A stretch of 64,000 nucleotides of DNA from an uncultured bacterium (GCA_963825135.1 CAWGRW010000009.1:1632001-1696000), one strand, 5' to 3'; counted from the first letter of the stretch, positions 10,822-21,713 are shown. Notes: generated by a model not told the origin, from the sequence alone. Made by a program: numbers and translations.

Positions 10822-12159
10822 ATGAAAAAGTTAACGATAATGCTTCTGATGTTAACTCTTTTGCTGCCGTTCGGTTCGATCCCTTCATTTGCGCAGAGCA
10901 CCCAGCAGGAAATCCAGGAGCTCAAACAGATGATAGAGCAGAACAGCAAACAGAACGAAGAGCTAATGAGGAGGATAGAACAGCTCGAATCTGAGAAGGC
11001 CACTACTCAGGTAAAGATGGAAAAGTTCATGATGGAGCAGGAAGACAAGGACCAGAAATATGACGGTCTCATGACATTCTTTGATTCGATAGACCTCGGG
11101 TTCTATGTGGATACAACGTACCAATACGTGTTCAATCGCGGTCTTACGGACAGTCTGCAGTTAAGGGCGCTTTATCCGGATAACCAGCAGTTCGCCCTGA
11201 ACGCCTTTACGATCTCGGTGTCGAAGACGCCGTCGCTAGAGGGCGGGCTGATGAACCTGCTCGGTTTCAGAGCGGATATACTCTTCGGAGAACAGGCTAC
11301 GGAACTGGGCGGCGAAGGTTTCGACAGCGACGTTGTCGACCCGTACCAGGCTTACCTTCAAGTATTGGCCCCGGTCGGGAACGGCATAAACATATTCGCG
11401 GGCCGGTTCGTGACCCTGGCGGGATACGAGGTCATAGAGGCATGGAAAGACCCGAACATTACGCGTTCGATATTATTCGGATTCGCAGTTCCGTTTACCC
11501 ATACCGGTATAAGGACCAATTACACCGCAGGGCCCATAACCTTTACGGCCGGTCTTAACAACGGATGGGACCAGGTCGAGGAGCTCAACGATTCCCCGAC
11601 GATAGAAAGCCAGCTGGCTTACAGCTATGCTGGGACCACGATATCCAGCGCCTGGCTCGGAGTAACCGGTTATTTCGGCAAAGAGCCGAGCGGTCTAGGG
11701 TTTGGCGGCGAGGGATGGCGCGAGCTTATAACCGCGGTGGGCACGATAACGTTTGTAGAGAAGATCTCACTCATAGTCGATGCCGATTTCGGATGGCAGA
11801 AAAATGTCGTGACCGATGATCTCGGCTCCGAAGACAATGTGTCCTGGTGGGGTATAGCGGGGTATGTGGTCGTCGATCCGCACCCGGCGGTAAGGCTATC
11901 GCTCAGGGGCGAATATTTTGATGACCCCGAGGGGTACAGGACCGGTCTTAACCAGAAATTGTTCGAGGTCACGCCGACTCTGATTTTCAAGCCCTTCAAG
12001 GGCCTTATAGCGGGTGACAAGTTCCTCGACAACTTTGAGGCCAGGGCTGAGTTCAGGTGGGACCATTCGGACGAGAATTACTTCATAACGAAAGACGACA
12101 GTCTCAAAAAGGATCAGTACGGTATTATGGGGCAGCTGCTTTACTGGATCCAACTGTAA
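10822..12159 (+). CDS. Putative outer-membrane beta-barrel porin (BBP2/DUF1597-like) with N-terminal coiled coil
   Basis: Signal peptide (SFA-QS), heptad-rich segment, GRFVTLAGYEVIE, PFTHTG and NNGWD motifs, aromatic C-terminal strand. Confidence 0.8.
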   Translation: MKKLTIMLLMLTLLLPFGSIPSFAQSTQQEIQELKQMIEQNSKQNEELMRRIEQLESEKATTQVKMEKFMMEQEDKDQKYDGLMTFFDSIDLGFYVDTTYQYVFNRGLTDSLQLRALYPDNQQFALNAFTISVSKTPSLEGGLMNLLGFRADILFGEQATELGGEGFDSDVVDPYQAYLQVLAPVGNGINIFAGRFVTLAGYEVIEAWKDPNITRSILFGFAVPFTHTGIRTNYTAGPITFTAGLNNGWDQVEELNDSPTIESQLAYSYAGTTISSAWLGVTGYFGKEPSGLGFGGEGWRELITAVGTITFVEKISLIVDADFGWQKNVVTDDLGSEDNVSWWGIAGYVVVDPHPAVRLSLRGEYFDDPEGYRTGLNQKLFEVTPTLIFKPFKGLIAGDKFLDNFEARAEFRWDHSDENYFITKDDSLKKDQYGIMGQLLYWIQL

Positions 12160-12228
12160 TGGACTTGATTAACAGTTTGAGGCTCTAAAGGTTACTCATC
12201 TCTCCATATCTCCTTTGTGTGGGCGGGA

Positions 12229-12271
12229 GGGAGAACAGCTCGTAGTTTAAGCTGTTCTCCCTTTTGTCTTT
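12229..12271 (+). terminator. Intrinsic terminator after the porin gene
   Basis: 12-bp perfect stem GGGAGAACAGCT/AGCTGTTCTCCC followed by TTTTGTCTTT. Confidence 0.85.
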
Positions 12272-12310
12272 TCGGGGCTTTCGAGGCGCCGACATCGATA
12301 ATATTCTCCC

Positions 12311-12339
12311 TTGCCTGTAAATTTTTAGTTAGGTAGAAT
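12311..12339 (+). promoter_or_regulatory. Putative sigma70 promoter of tRNA-Phe
   Basis: TTGCCT-17 nt-TAGAAT upstream of the tRNA. Confidence 0.55.
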
Positions 12340-12393
12340 TAAACCGCTTTTTGGATATTAGCGTTTCCGGTTCTGTTTTTTTTAAACACTTAT

Positions 12394-12466
<73 letters not shown>

Positions 12467-12613
12467 TTCACTTGCACCATTTATTACCTAGCCAGCTCGT
12501 GGAGCTCCGCCGTTTCTAATCTTATCCGAAATCCCGGGGTTTTGGCCGGCATTTGATCTTCTTTCATTACCCAACGTGTCCTCTTGTGAATATACGGTTA
12601 ATTTTCCATATTG

Positions 12614-12655
12614 TTGCAAAAATTCGATAGATATTTTTGTTGGACTATATATAAT
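12614..12655 (+). promoter_or_regulatory. Putative activator box overlapping a sigma70 promoter (copy A)
   Basis: TTGCAAAAATTCGATAGATA-16 nt-TATAAT. The same motif with the same spacing occurs at 25769. Confidence 0.55.
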
Positions 12656-12668
12656 AGAATGACTTTAT

Positions 12669-12728
12669 ATTATTATCTTCCTTCTCGATGATGTCGGCTG
12701 GATGGACCCTGGATTCATCGATGGAGGG
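12669..12728 (+). pseudogene. Relic of an AslA-like arylsulfatase N-terminus
   Basis: Translates IIIFLLDDVGWMDPGFIDGG. In-frame stop just upstream and no continuation. Confidence 0.7.
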
Positions 12729-12858
12729 AGTGGCTCTCAATGTCGTAGTGTCGGGTATAACGATCAAACTAGAATCTGCGATACCTGATTCAGAATAAAA
12801 ATTTTATTACTGACGAGGAACGTATCATCTTTAACTAAATCAAGGGGGGTAAGTTAAA

Positions 12859-14580
12859 ATGAAGGAAAGATGTAATACGTACATCACTACGTTATGTGTA
12901 GTCCTGGTGGCCTTAGCATCGATCGCCATTCCGGCGGTGAGTCAGGAAAAGAAACCCAACATTCTCTTTATTATGGGCGACGACATCGGTTGGATGCAGC
13001 CCTCTATCTACCACCGTGGCCTGATGGTGGGGGAAACACCTAACATCGACCGGATAGGGCAAGAGGGGGCGATCTTCATGGATTACATGGCTGAAGAGAG
13101 TTGCACCGCCGGGCGCAATGCGTTTTTTACTGGCATGCATCCTCTGCGTACAGGCATGATCCCACCTCAATTGCCCGGCAGCCCGTCCTACCTGCGTCCC
13201 GGTACTCCAGCGCTGGCTAAGTTCTTATTAGATCTCGGCTATAACACTGGTGAATTTGGTAAAAACCATTTAGGTGACCATCCTGCTGCGCTACCAACAG
13301 CCCATGGTTTCCAGGAATTCTGGGGCTATTTATATCACCTTGATGCCATGCAAGGGGTTAGTTTCCCCGATCTCAACAAGACCCCGCTCGTGCAAAGCAT
13401 TGCACCACCTTGTAAGAACGAGCCCATCCCCGGGGTGCCTGAGGTACCTGATGCTGTCGATCCAAATACGACAGCCTGTCTAACACCACCGCGCCCGGTC
13501 CTCTGGTGCAAATCCAAGGACGGTACCCAGAAAAACCAGAAATGTAAGGACGAGGGCCCGCTGACGCTGGAGCGCTCGAAGACGGTGGATGAGGAGATTT
13601 CAGCCAAGGTCATCGATTTCCTCGACCGCAACGATCCTGAGAAAACCGGAAAGCCCTTCTTCATCTGGTACAACCCGGCGCGCATGCACGTCACCACTGT
13701 GCTTTCAGAAAAGTACATGGCAATGGTTGGTGAGCCCGGCGGCAAGGACTGGGGTGTCAACGAAGCTGGGATGAAGCAGATGGACGACAACATTGGCTAC
13801 GTCCTGAAGAAGCTCGAAGACATGGGTGAGTTAGATAATACGATCATCGCATTCACCACAGATAACGGTGCTGAGGTTATCACCTATCCGGATGGCGGCG
13901 TCACCCCGTTCAAAGGGGGAAAGCTGACCACCTGGGAAGGCGGTATGCGAGCTCCCTTGGTCGTACGTTGGCCTGGACACATCGAGCCCGGTACAGTCAA
14001 AAACCAACTATTCGCGTCCTTGGATTGGGTACCGACTTTTGTTGAGATCGCTGGTGGTCCAAAGGGTGACGGACTAAAAAAGCAGATCGAGGCGGGCAAG
14101 TACCCAGGTATCGTTAAGACAACATTAGATGGTGTCAGCCAGGTCGACTATTTAACGGGCAAGTCCGAGAAATCGGGGCGTGATGTTTTCTTCTACTATA
14201 GCGGTTCGAAACCTTCAGCGGTGAGGTACAAGAACTGGAAGATGTATTACACGATGGTTCCCACTAGCCCGACTGGCGCGATGAAGGGGGCTGTGAGCTA
14301 TTCATGGACCATGGTCAACAACATCAAGCGTGATCCCTTCGAGATAGCGGGTGGGTTGGACGATATCAAGACTGTAAACGCCGTTGGCGGTGCGCTCGCT
14401 GGGCCAGTGACTGCTTATATCTACGACTGGAACATGCTACCGCTAGGCCAGGTGCTATGGACGAAAGAGCTCGAGTCGTACAAAGAATTCCCGCCACTGC
14501 AGGCACCAGAGTCCTACAACCTAGATGGCATCATTGAAGAGATGAAGAACTCAAAGGCTTCAAGTCACGCGGGTCAATAG
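12859..14580 (+). CDS. Secreted arylsulfatase, Cys-type (sulfatase 1)
   Basis: Signal peptide, KKPNILFIMGDD, SCTAGR maturation motif, GKNHLG, TTDNG and WEGGMR. Confidence 0.92.
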   Translation: MKERCNTYITTLCVVLVALASIAIPAVSQEKKPNILFIMGDDIGWMQPSIYHRGLMVGETPNIDRIGQEGAIFMDYMAEESCTAGRNAFFTGMHPLRTGMIPPQLPGSPSYLRPGTPALAKFLLDLGYNTGEFGKNHLGDHPAALPTAHGFQEFWGYLYHLDAMQGVSFPDLNKTPLVQSIAPPCKNEPIPGVPEVPDAVDPNTTACLTPPRPVLWCKSKDGTQKNQKCKDEGPLTLERSKTVDEEISAKVIDFLDRNDPEKTGKPFFIWYNPARMHVTTVLSEKYMAMVGEPGGKDWGVNEAGMKQMDDNIGYVLKKLEDMGELDNTIIAFTTDNGAEVITYPDGGVTPFKGGKLTTWEGGMRAPLVVRWPGHIEPGTVKNQLFASLDWVPTFVEIAGGPKGDGLKKQIEAGKYPGIVKTTLDGVSQVDYLTGKSEKSGRDVFFYYSGSKPSAVRYKNWKMYYTMVPTSPTGAMKGAVSYSWTMVNNIKRDPFEIAGGLDDIKTVNAVGGALAGPVTAYIYDWNMLPLGQVLWTKELESYKEFPPLQAPESYNLDGIIEEMKNSKASSHAGQ

Positions 14581-14717
14581 TAAAGCATGCTAACATACTC
14601 TGATTAAGCAGCCTTCTCGTGCAGTAGTGCCACGAAATCCGGACTCGAGTTGTCTCGGCCTGAAAAACTTGAGTAATTATAATATTACTCTTCATTTTGT
14701 CTTGAATAGGAGGTTTT

Positions 14718-15293
14718 ATGAATATTAGAGTAACATGTATCGCGCTTATCATATGCTTAGTTTGCCTTATGGCTTGTGCCAAACCGCAGGGCAACACTCC
14801 TCAACAGAAGAGAGATTTTGTCAATGAAATGGCCGCTGATACGCTAACTGAACTTAACGAGAAAAATCCTGAAACAAAATCACTGATCGAAAACGCCGTA
14901 GGCTACGGAGTTTTTAGTGACATAAATACTCAACTTTTGTATTTTGGCACAGGCAACGGATATGGCGTAGTAACCGACAATTCCGATGGATCCAAAATCT
15001 ATATGAGGATGGGCGAGGCAAGCGCGGGGCTAGGAGTTGCGCTAACGGATTTTCGTGAGGTAATAATATTTAATGATCATGGTGCGTTCACTAATTTCGT
15101 AACGGAAGGCTAGAGTTTTGGCGCTCAAGGGGAAGCGGCGGCTAAGTATCAAGGAACAGGGGCGGAGACATCAGGTGAAGTTCCATTAAATTCAGCAGTT
15201 TTAGTTTATCAGATAACCGAATCCGGAATAGTGTTAAGAGCAAATATGAGTGCTTCGAAATATTGGCTTGATAGTGATTTAAATAATTTCTAA
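14718..15293 (+). pseudogene. Ysc84/SYLF-like lipid-binding lipoprotein interrupted by an in-frame TAG
   Basis: Lipobox LMAC and AVGYGVF..G.GNGYGV. After TAG at 15111-15113 the frame continues (SFGAQGEAAAK...VYQITESG...KYWLDSDLN) to TAA 15293. Confidence 0.75.
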
Positions 15294-15401
15294 TAAAATA
15301 GTACAATTAGTCATTCGGAACTGACAATTTTCCGCAGATAAGGACAATTAACACCATATATGTTTGTGAGATAAAGCCAGAATTTTTTTAAGGACAATAC
15401 T

Positions 15402-15528
15402 ATGACGAAACGACTTATTGAAAGTCTTACCATCTTGACATTACTCATGATTGCTTTGTTGCTTCCCGATTCGTCAATTGCCGCAAATAAAAAAGCCCAA
15501 TACACTAGTTATTTTTGGTGATGGCTGA
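15402..15528 (+). pseudogene. Relic of a sulfatase N-terminus (signal peptide plus KKPN..VIFGD)
   Basis: AAGGA RBS, ATG and signal peptide. Removing one A from the A6 run gives NKKPNTLVIFGDG followed by a stop. Confidence 0.6.
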
Positions 15529-15537
15529 CTACATAAA

Positions 15538-16489
15538 TTGAATTTTAAATCACCCGTCTATCTTATTGTTGTCTTAGTAATCATAGTTGCACTAGGATAT
15601 TTATATATTAGATACTTTTCTCTACCACCCGATAAGACGGCTCAACCTGTAAGCACAGTAGGCAATGAACCGAAAGCGACTCCCCCTAATTTCGTCCGGG
15701 CTCAAGTATGCGTGGAGTGCCACAAGTCTGAGTACGATCTCTGGCAGGGCTCGCACCACGACTTCGCCATGCAACATGCAAGCGATGATACCGTGCTCGG
15801 GGACTTCGGCAATAAAGAGTTCGAGTATTACGGTCTCAAATCCGAGTTCTCTAAGAAAGACGGCAAATTCATGGTCCGAACAGACGGTCCAGACGGGAAG
15901 CTCCATGACTACGAGATAAAATTTACATTCGGCATCTATCCCCTTCAGCAATACCTTGTCGAATTCCCGGACGGACGCCTCCAAGCCCTCGGTATCGCCT
16001 GGGACACCAGGCCCGGCGATGAAGGGGGACAGCGGTGGTTTCACCTGTACCAGGAAGAAAAAATCACTCATGACGATACACTCCACTGGACAGGCATCGA
16101 CCAGAACTGGAACCATATGTGCGCCGAATGCCATTCGACGGATCTCAAAAAGAATTACGATCTTAAGACCGATTCATTCAAAACAGGAAGCTTTGAATGC
16201 GTTCGAAGAATCCGTTAAATTAAGCCCTGGTAACACTCGATACAGGTATGTCTATGCGGTTGCGCTCAATGATGCCGGCAAAAAATCCGAGTCTATTCGT
16301 GTGCTGGAAGAAGCACATAAGCGACGCCCTGCAGACCGTGAAGTCTTATACGCGCTTATCAATTTCAATCATAATAATGGTGACATATCCGCCGCGACTG
16401 AGTATGCTGAAAAGTTGTTGGAGTTATCACCTAATAACCCTGATGTTGCCCACCTTCTTGATGAACTCAAAAGGCGTGACAATCGATAG
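15538..16489 (+). pseudogene. Internally deleted paralog of the multiheme cytochrome c/TPR protein at 38286
   Basis: The N-terminus (CVECH, CAECH) is fused out of frame at ~16186 to the last TPRs (EALNAFEESVKLSP...). About 1.4 kb is missing relative to the intact paralog. Confidence 0.85.
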
Positions 16490-16549
16490 CAGGGCAGGGT
16501 TATCGTCTTCTCAGGTCACTATATTAGTATTAGTAGAAACTGTTCCCTC

Positions 16550-16599
16550 TTTTTTACCAAAGAATAGCCAAAGATTTTTTACCAAAGAATAGCCAAAGA
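16550..16599 (+). repeat. Tandem 25-bp duplication containing the putative arm-type motif
   Basis: TTTTTTACCAAAGAATAGCCAAAGA occurs twice, exactly. Confidence 0.9.
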
Positions 16600-16724
16600 A
16601 CCAAACGAAATTTATGGTATTCTATGAACCAAATGTAATTCCCTGCATTAAATAATCCCCCCTAAATTCAAGGGTTTAAACTAAATTTCAATGTATTCAG
16701 GAAGTTAGAATCTCGGGCTAAAAC

Positions 16725-16772
16725 GGACTGAAAATCCTCGTGTCGGCGGTTCAATTCCGTCTCCGGGCATTC
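16725..16772 (+). repeat. att-like copy 1 of the tRNA-Phe 3' half
   Basis: 48/48 identical to 12422-12469. Confidence 0.97.
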
Positions 16773-16843
16773 TTAATATTAATCATTTGTTATTGTAGCT
16801 AGCCTCAATTTATCTTCTAATCTTTAGATTGCCGAAACGCCGC

Positions 16844-16872
16844 TTGACAATATAATTGTAATGTTCTTTAAT
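16844..16872 (+). promoter_or_regulatory. Putative sigma70 promoter inside segment 2
   Basis: TTGACA-17 nt-TTTAAT, 45 bp before the sulfatase start. Confidence 0.55.
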
Positions 16873-16916
16873 CATAAATATTAATCAGGTGCAAGTAAGC
16901 AAATTAAGGAATACAA

Positions 16917-19379
16917 TTGAATCTGAAGCTCACTACACCTTTTTTCAATACTGCGCTGGTATTGACGTTTGGTATAGCTTTGATATTGGCAGCCGGTCTG
17001 TTCGGGTTGGCAGCTGCGCAGGAGAAGGCCCCGGAACAGGAAACTGACCGGACCGTGCTCCCAATCGTCCCGCCTGAGACACCGACCATCACGGAGCTTG
17101 ATGCCCGCAAAGCCACTGCGCCACCGCGATTCGAGGTGAAAGCGCCGAAAGAGGCACCCAATGTAGTGATAATTCTGATAGACGATATGGGATTCGGACA
17201 AGCAAGCACCTTCGGAGGTGCTATTCCTATGCCCACACTTGACACTGTCGCGTCGCAGGGACTTCTCTACAACCAATTTCACACCACTGCGCTTTGCTCA
17301 CCCACTCGGATGGCCATACTCACAGGGCGTAATCATCATTCGGTAAACACCGGGGCCATTATGGAGCTCGCGACATCATATGCCGGGAACACGGGCGTTC
17401 GTCCGCTCGAGACCGCTCCACTCGCTGAGATACTTCGGCAGAACGGCTACAGTACTGCGGCGTTCGGGAAGTACCACGAGACGCCGCCCTGGGAGGTTAG
17501 CGTGTCGGGTCCCTTCGACCGGTGGCCCACTCATTCAGGATTCGACAAGTTCTATGGTTTCATAGGCGGCGAGACGAACCAGTGGGCGCCGCTACTCTTT
17601 GACGGCACCACTATGGTAGAGCCGCCGAAAGACCCTAACTATCACTTTACCGTAGATATGACGAACCAAGCTATAGCGTGGGTTCGTGCTCAGCATTCTA
17701 TGACTCCAGATAAACCGTTCTTTATTTACTACGCTCCAGGCGCTACACACGCTCCACACCATGTGCCCAAGGAGTGGATCGCGAAGTTCAAGGGGAAATT
17801 CGACGAGGGGTGGGACAAGTATCGTGAGGAAGCCCTCGCTCGGCAGATAAAGCTTGGCATAGTGCCCGCTGGAACAAAACTAGCCCCTAAACCGGATGTA
17901 ATTAAAGACTGGGACAAGCTCACACCCGACGAGAAAAGGCTATTCGCACGGCAAATGGAAGTATTCGCCGGATTTGCCGCGCAGACCGATTACGAAATCG
18001 GGCGCCTCATGAATGCCCTGAAGGAAATGGGAGTGGCCGACAACACGCTGGTGTTCTATATGGTCGGCGATAATGGCGCTAGCGCAGAGGGCGGTATGAC
18101 GGGGCTATTCAACGAGATGACATATTTTAACGGTGTCTCCGAGCCGATCGAGTTCCAGCTCAAGCATATGGACGAGCTCGGCGGACCTAATGCATTTAGC
18201 CACTACGCGGCCGGATGGGCCGTGGCCGGCGACACGCCGTTTGAGTGGGTCAAGCAGGAGGCGGGGAGCTACGGGGGCACTCAAAACCCGCTCGTTATAT
18301 CATGGCCCGCGCGGATAAAGGCGAAGGGGGACATCCGAACGCAATTTCAATATGTGACCGATATAGCGCCCACTATCCTGGAGGCCGCCGGTATTCCAGA
18401 GCCGAAGATGGTGAACGGCGTCACGCAGCGCCCAATGGAAGGGGTTAGTATGATGTACACCTTCGACAACCCAAAGGCGAAGAGCCGCCACAACACACAA
18501 TACTTCGAGATCGCGGGGAATCGAGGCATATATCATGACGGTTGGCTCGCCGGCACCATCCACAAGGCGCCGTGGGAGTTAGTGCCCAGGCAGCCGCTCG
18601 ACAAAGACGTGTGGGAGCTATACAACACCACGGAGGATTTCAGCCTTGTGAACGACCTCGCGGCCAAGTACCCGGAGAAACTCAAGGAGATGCAGGCGCT
18701 ATTCATGACGGAGGCGGTGAAGTACCACGTCCTTCCGATCGATGACCGTACCATAGAACGATTCAATGCCGCAATCGCCGGCCGTCCCGATTTAATGGAC
18801 GGACGCAGTACGCTCACGGTCTATCCGGGGATGCATGGTATGATGGAAAACGCGTTCATCAACGTGAAGAACCGTTCGAACGAGATTACTGGTGAGCTCG
18901 AGATTCCTGCGGCTGGCGCCGAGGGTGTAATCCTCGCACAAGGAGGCCGCTTCGGCGGTTGGTCGCTGTACGTGAAGGACAACCACCCGATGTTCGCTTA
19001 CAACTGGCTCGGTCTGGAGATGTACAAGGTTCGGTCTTCCGAACCACTCCCGGCTGGGAAGGTGACACTACGCTACGTCTTTCTTTACGACGGCGGGAAA
19101 CCGGGTTCGGGAGGGACAGAGAGTATATTCATTAACGGCCAGAAAGTGGCCGAGGGACGCATAGGGAAGACGCAGTCTAATGTGTTCTCGGCGGACGACG
19201 CCGCCGACGTAGGCATGGATGAGGGAACGAATGTGACCGACGACTACAAGCAGTGGGACAACCACTTCACGGGGACCATCCAGAATGTGACAATAAATAC
19301 CAGTGAAGCGAAGCTCACGCCGGAGGAATTGAAGAAGTTAAGGGAAGAGAATATAGATACTGAATTGAGCATTGATTGA
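16917..19379 (+). CDS. Large secreted arylsulfatase, Cys-type, with C-terminal beta-sandwich extension (sulfatase 2)
   Basis: Signal peptide, PNVVIILIDD, LCSPTR, GKYH, HAPHH and GDNGAS. TTG start with AAGGA RBS. Confidence 0.93.
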   Translation: MNLKLTTPFFNTALVLTFGIALILAAGLFGLAAAQEKAPEQETDRTVLPIVPPETPTITELDARKATAPPRFEVKAPKEAPNVVIILIDDMGFGQASTFGGAIPMPTLDTVASQGLLYNQFHTTALCSPTRMAILTGRNHHSVNTGAIMELATSYAGNTGVRPLETAPLAEILRQNGYSTAAFGKYHETPPWEVSVSGPFDRWPTHSGFDKFYGFIGGETNQWAPLLFDGTTMVEPPKDPNYHFTVDMTNQAIAWVRAQHSMTPDKPFFIYYAPGATHAPHHVPKEWIAKFKGKFDEGWDKYREEALARQIKLGIVPAGTKLAPKPDVIKDWDKLTPDEKRLFARQMEVFAGFAAQTDYEIGRLMNALKEMGVADNTLVFYMVGDNGASAEGGMTGLFNEMTYFNGVSEPIEFQLKHMDELGGPNAFSHYAAGWAVAGDTPFEWVKQEAGSYGGTQNPLVISWPARIKAKGDIRTQFQYVTDIAPTILEAAGIPEPKMVNGVTQRPMEGVSMMYTFDNPKAKSRHNTQYFEIAGNRGIYHDGWLAGTIHKAPWELVPRQPLDKDVWELYNTTEDFSLVNDLAAKYPEKLKEMQALFMTEAVKYHVLPIDDRTIERFNAAIAGRPDLMDGRSTLTVYPGMHGMMENAFINVKNRSNEITGELEIPAAGAEGVILAQGGRFGGWSLYVKDNHPMFAYNWLGLEMYKVRSSEPLPAGKVTLRYVFLYDGGKPGSGGTESIFINGQKVAEGRIGKTQSNVFSADDAADVGMDEGTNVTDDYKQWDNHFTGTIQNVTINTSEAKLTPEELKKLREENIDTELSID

Positions 19380-19670
19380 ACCCGAGGATTTAATTGAGCT
19401 CTACCTAAACGATGCCGAAGCCGCCTGAATCTTTATAAAATCAAAGTAAACCATGAAAAGATAACTTGCTAATTTGATGCGATCCTTGAGTGGTATTCCA
19501 GGGTGCAGTGATTGCATTTAATTTTTATCAAGGAATGGTCAAAGAACCATCTGTGATCCTTTGTTCCAAATGTAAATAATCGACCACATGGACTACACGG
19601 AAATCATTTAATGTCGAAGAGTTGCTGCAAATTCAAAAATACCAATTAGTTGCAAAAATTATCCAAGTAT

Positions 19671-19717
19671 GACTGAAAATCCTCGTGTCGGCGGTCGGGG
19701 TCCGTCTCCGGGCATTC
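19671..19717 (+). repeat. att-like copy 2 of the tRNA-Phe 3' half
   Basis: Identical to the tRNA 3' half except the T-loop (TTCAATT to TCGGGGT). Confidence 0.95.
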
Positions 19718-19940
19718 CTCTTTTAAAATCTCCGGCTTCTCTCTACGTAAGTATGGAAATCTACACCATTAATATTCATTTCTTATATTTATAAATACTT
19801 TAGCCAGTCCGCTGCATACTACAACTCAATTAACTTCGGCGATACGATATTGAAATTTGTCCTACGGAGTCTGAATGCCGTGGTAGTATTTTAAATTTAC
19901 CGGGTGCGTTTAACGGAATTTATCCGGGCGGAGAACAGCA

Positions 19941-21713
19941 ATGAGCAGGAAATGGATATCGATATTGATCTTCTGTGCGGTTCTTATGGCGATTGGCATT
20001 GGTTACATGCAGCGGGCGGGCGAAGCCGAAGAGCATACTGGTGATAATACGTCTGCTTATATGGATACGGGTTATGTCGGAGGCGTCGCGGGAGCTAATG
20101 GACTCTGGGGGGACGGAATGGTTTCCGCCGCGAAGGGCGCGGGCGGTTCAAATAAAGCCGGAGTGTCTTTACCTCATGTCGATTCGGGACTTGTTAATGA
20201 ACGGATCGCCGAGAATCCTGACCATGGACAACTTGAAAACCATCGTATTATAGCCGAAGATCAGACCCGATCGGATTCAGCCCCGGATGCAGAAGTCGAT
20301 ACCACGGCGCCAAAAGGGTTAGAGAACTCAGCTAATCATCCCAACATCGTCTTTATCCTGACAGATGATCTCTCGCTTGACCTGCTTCAATATATGCCGC
20401 ATGTACTTGAGATGCAGAAAGAAGGCGTCACTTTTAATAACTATTTCGTCACCGATTCGCTGTGTTGTCCTTCTCGGTCGTCGATTTTCACCGGGCGTTT
20501 CCCTCATGATACGGGCGTGTTCGGAAACACAGGCGATGACGGCGGTTATAAAGTATTTCGTAATCGCGGTAACGAGCGTGTTACGTTCGCGGTTTCTCTC
20601 TCGGAAGCCGGATATCGTACGGCTATGCTCGGTAAATATCTAAACGGTTATATTCCGGCTATCGATCCCGTCTCTCCCGGCTGGTCGCACTGGGCGGTTG
20701 CAGGATTCGGTTATCCGGAATTTAATTACAATCTGCAAGAAGACGGCACTTTAGTACATTACGGGAAGAAACCGGAAGATTATCTCACTGACGTTCTCTC
20801 CAGACTGGCAAAACGCTTCATAAAGGATTCGGCGGATGCTCCCTTCTTCATAGAAATCGCAACCTTTGCGCCGCATGCTCCGTATACGCCGGCGCCTCGC
20901 AATGCCGGCGCATTTCCCGGACTGCAGGCCCCACGAGCACCCTCATTTAATTCCGAACCCGACGCAAACGCGCCCAATTGGCTTCGAGATAAGCCGCCGC
21001 TTACCGATGCCGATATTAACACGATTGACCGTGACTATAGAAAACGGGCCCAGTCGGTCTTGGCGGTAGATAAAATGATCGGTGAGATTGAGGACGCTGT
21101 GCATGAAATTGGCCAGGAGGATAATACATATTTTATTTTCAGCTCGGATAACGGATATCATATGGGAGAACATAGATTGATGCCGGGTAAAATGACGGCG
21201 TTTGACACGGATATCCACGTGCCGTTAATCGTTACCGGTCCGGATGTTCCTGCCGGGCTGACTGTAGACGAGCTCGCCGAGAACATCGATCTGTGCCCGA
21301 CGATTACCGAGCTTGAGGGCGCGAAAACCCCCGCAGACGTCGACGGTCACAGCTTGGTTCCACTGCTTTTGGGCCGGGAGGTCAATGATTGGCGGACTGC
21401 AGTGCTGATAGAACACCACAAACCGTTAAGAGATTCTGTGGGTGATCCCGACGCTCCGTCCAACAACTCCGGCAACCCGCCTACTTACGAGGCTATCCGT
21501 ACGCCTACGTCGGTCTATGTTGAATATGCAACGGATGAGAAAGAATTTCACGACCTCAACAGCGATCCGGATGAGCTCTACAATACCTATACGTCACTCT
21601 CCGAGGATGAAAAGAGCCGGCTACATGCGCAACTCCTTGGTATCAGGAACTGTCATAATGTGAACTCCTGTTGGGCTGCGGAGACGTCTGGCTATGATTC
21701 GACTCGGAACTGA
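19941..21713 (+). CDS. Secreted or anchored sulfatase, N-acetylglucosamine-6-sulfatase-like (sulfatase 3)
   Basis: N-terminal hydrophobic segment, ~110-aa low-complexity linker, PNIVFILTDD, LCCPSR, GKYLNGY, APHAP and SDNGYHMGEH. Confidence 0.9.
   Translation: MSRKWISILIFCAVLMAIGIGYMQRAGEAEEHTGDNTSAYMDTGYVGGVAGANGLWGDGMVSAAKGAGGSNKAGVSLPHVDSGLVNERIAENPDHGQLENHRIIAEDQTRSDSAPDAEVDTTAPKGLENSANHPNIVFILTDDLSLDLLQYMPHVLEMQKEGVTFNNYFVTDSLCCPSRSSIFTGRFPHDTGVFGNTGDDGGYKVFRNRGNERVTFAVSLSEAGYRTAMLGKYLNGYIPAIDPVSPGWSHWAVAGFGYPEFNYNLQEDGTLVHYGKKPEDYLTDVLSRLAKRFIKDSADAPFFIEIATFAPHAPYTPAPRNAGAFPGLQAPRAPSFNSEPDANAPNWLRDKPPLTDADINTIDRDYRKRAQSVLAVDKMIGEIEDAVHEIGQEDNTYFIFSSDNGYHMGEHRLMPGKMTAFDTDIHVPLIVTGPDVPAGLTVDELAENIDLCPTITELEGAKTPADVDGHSLVPLLLGREVNDWRTAVLIEHHKPLRDSVGDPDAPSNNSGNPPTYEAIRTPTSVYVEYATDEKEFHDLNSDPDELYNTYTSLSEDEKSRLHAQLLGIRNCHNVNSCWAAETSGYDSTRN

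Noticed and set aside
15111..15113. In-frame TAG as pyrrolysine or programmed readthrough
   Set aside because: A TGG-to-TAG nonsense change is simpler, neighbouring genes are also decayed, and no pyl genes are in the window.
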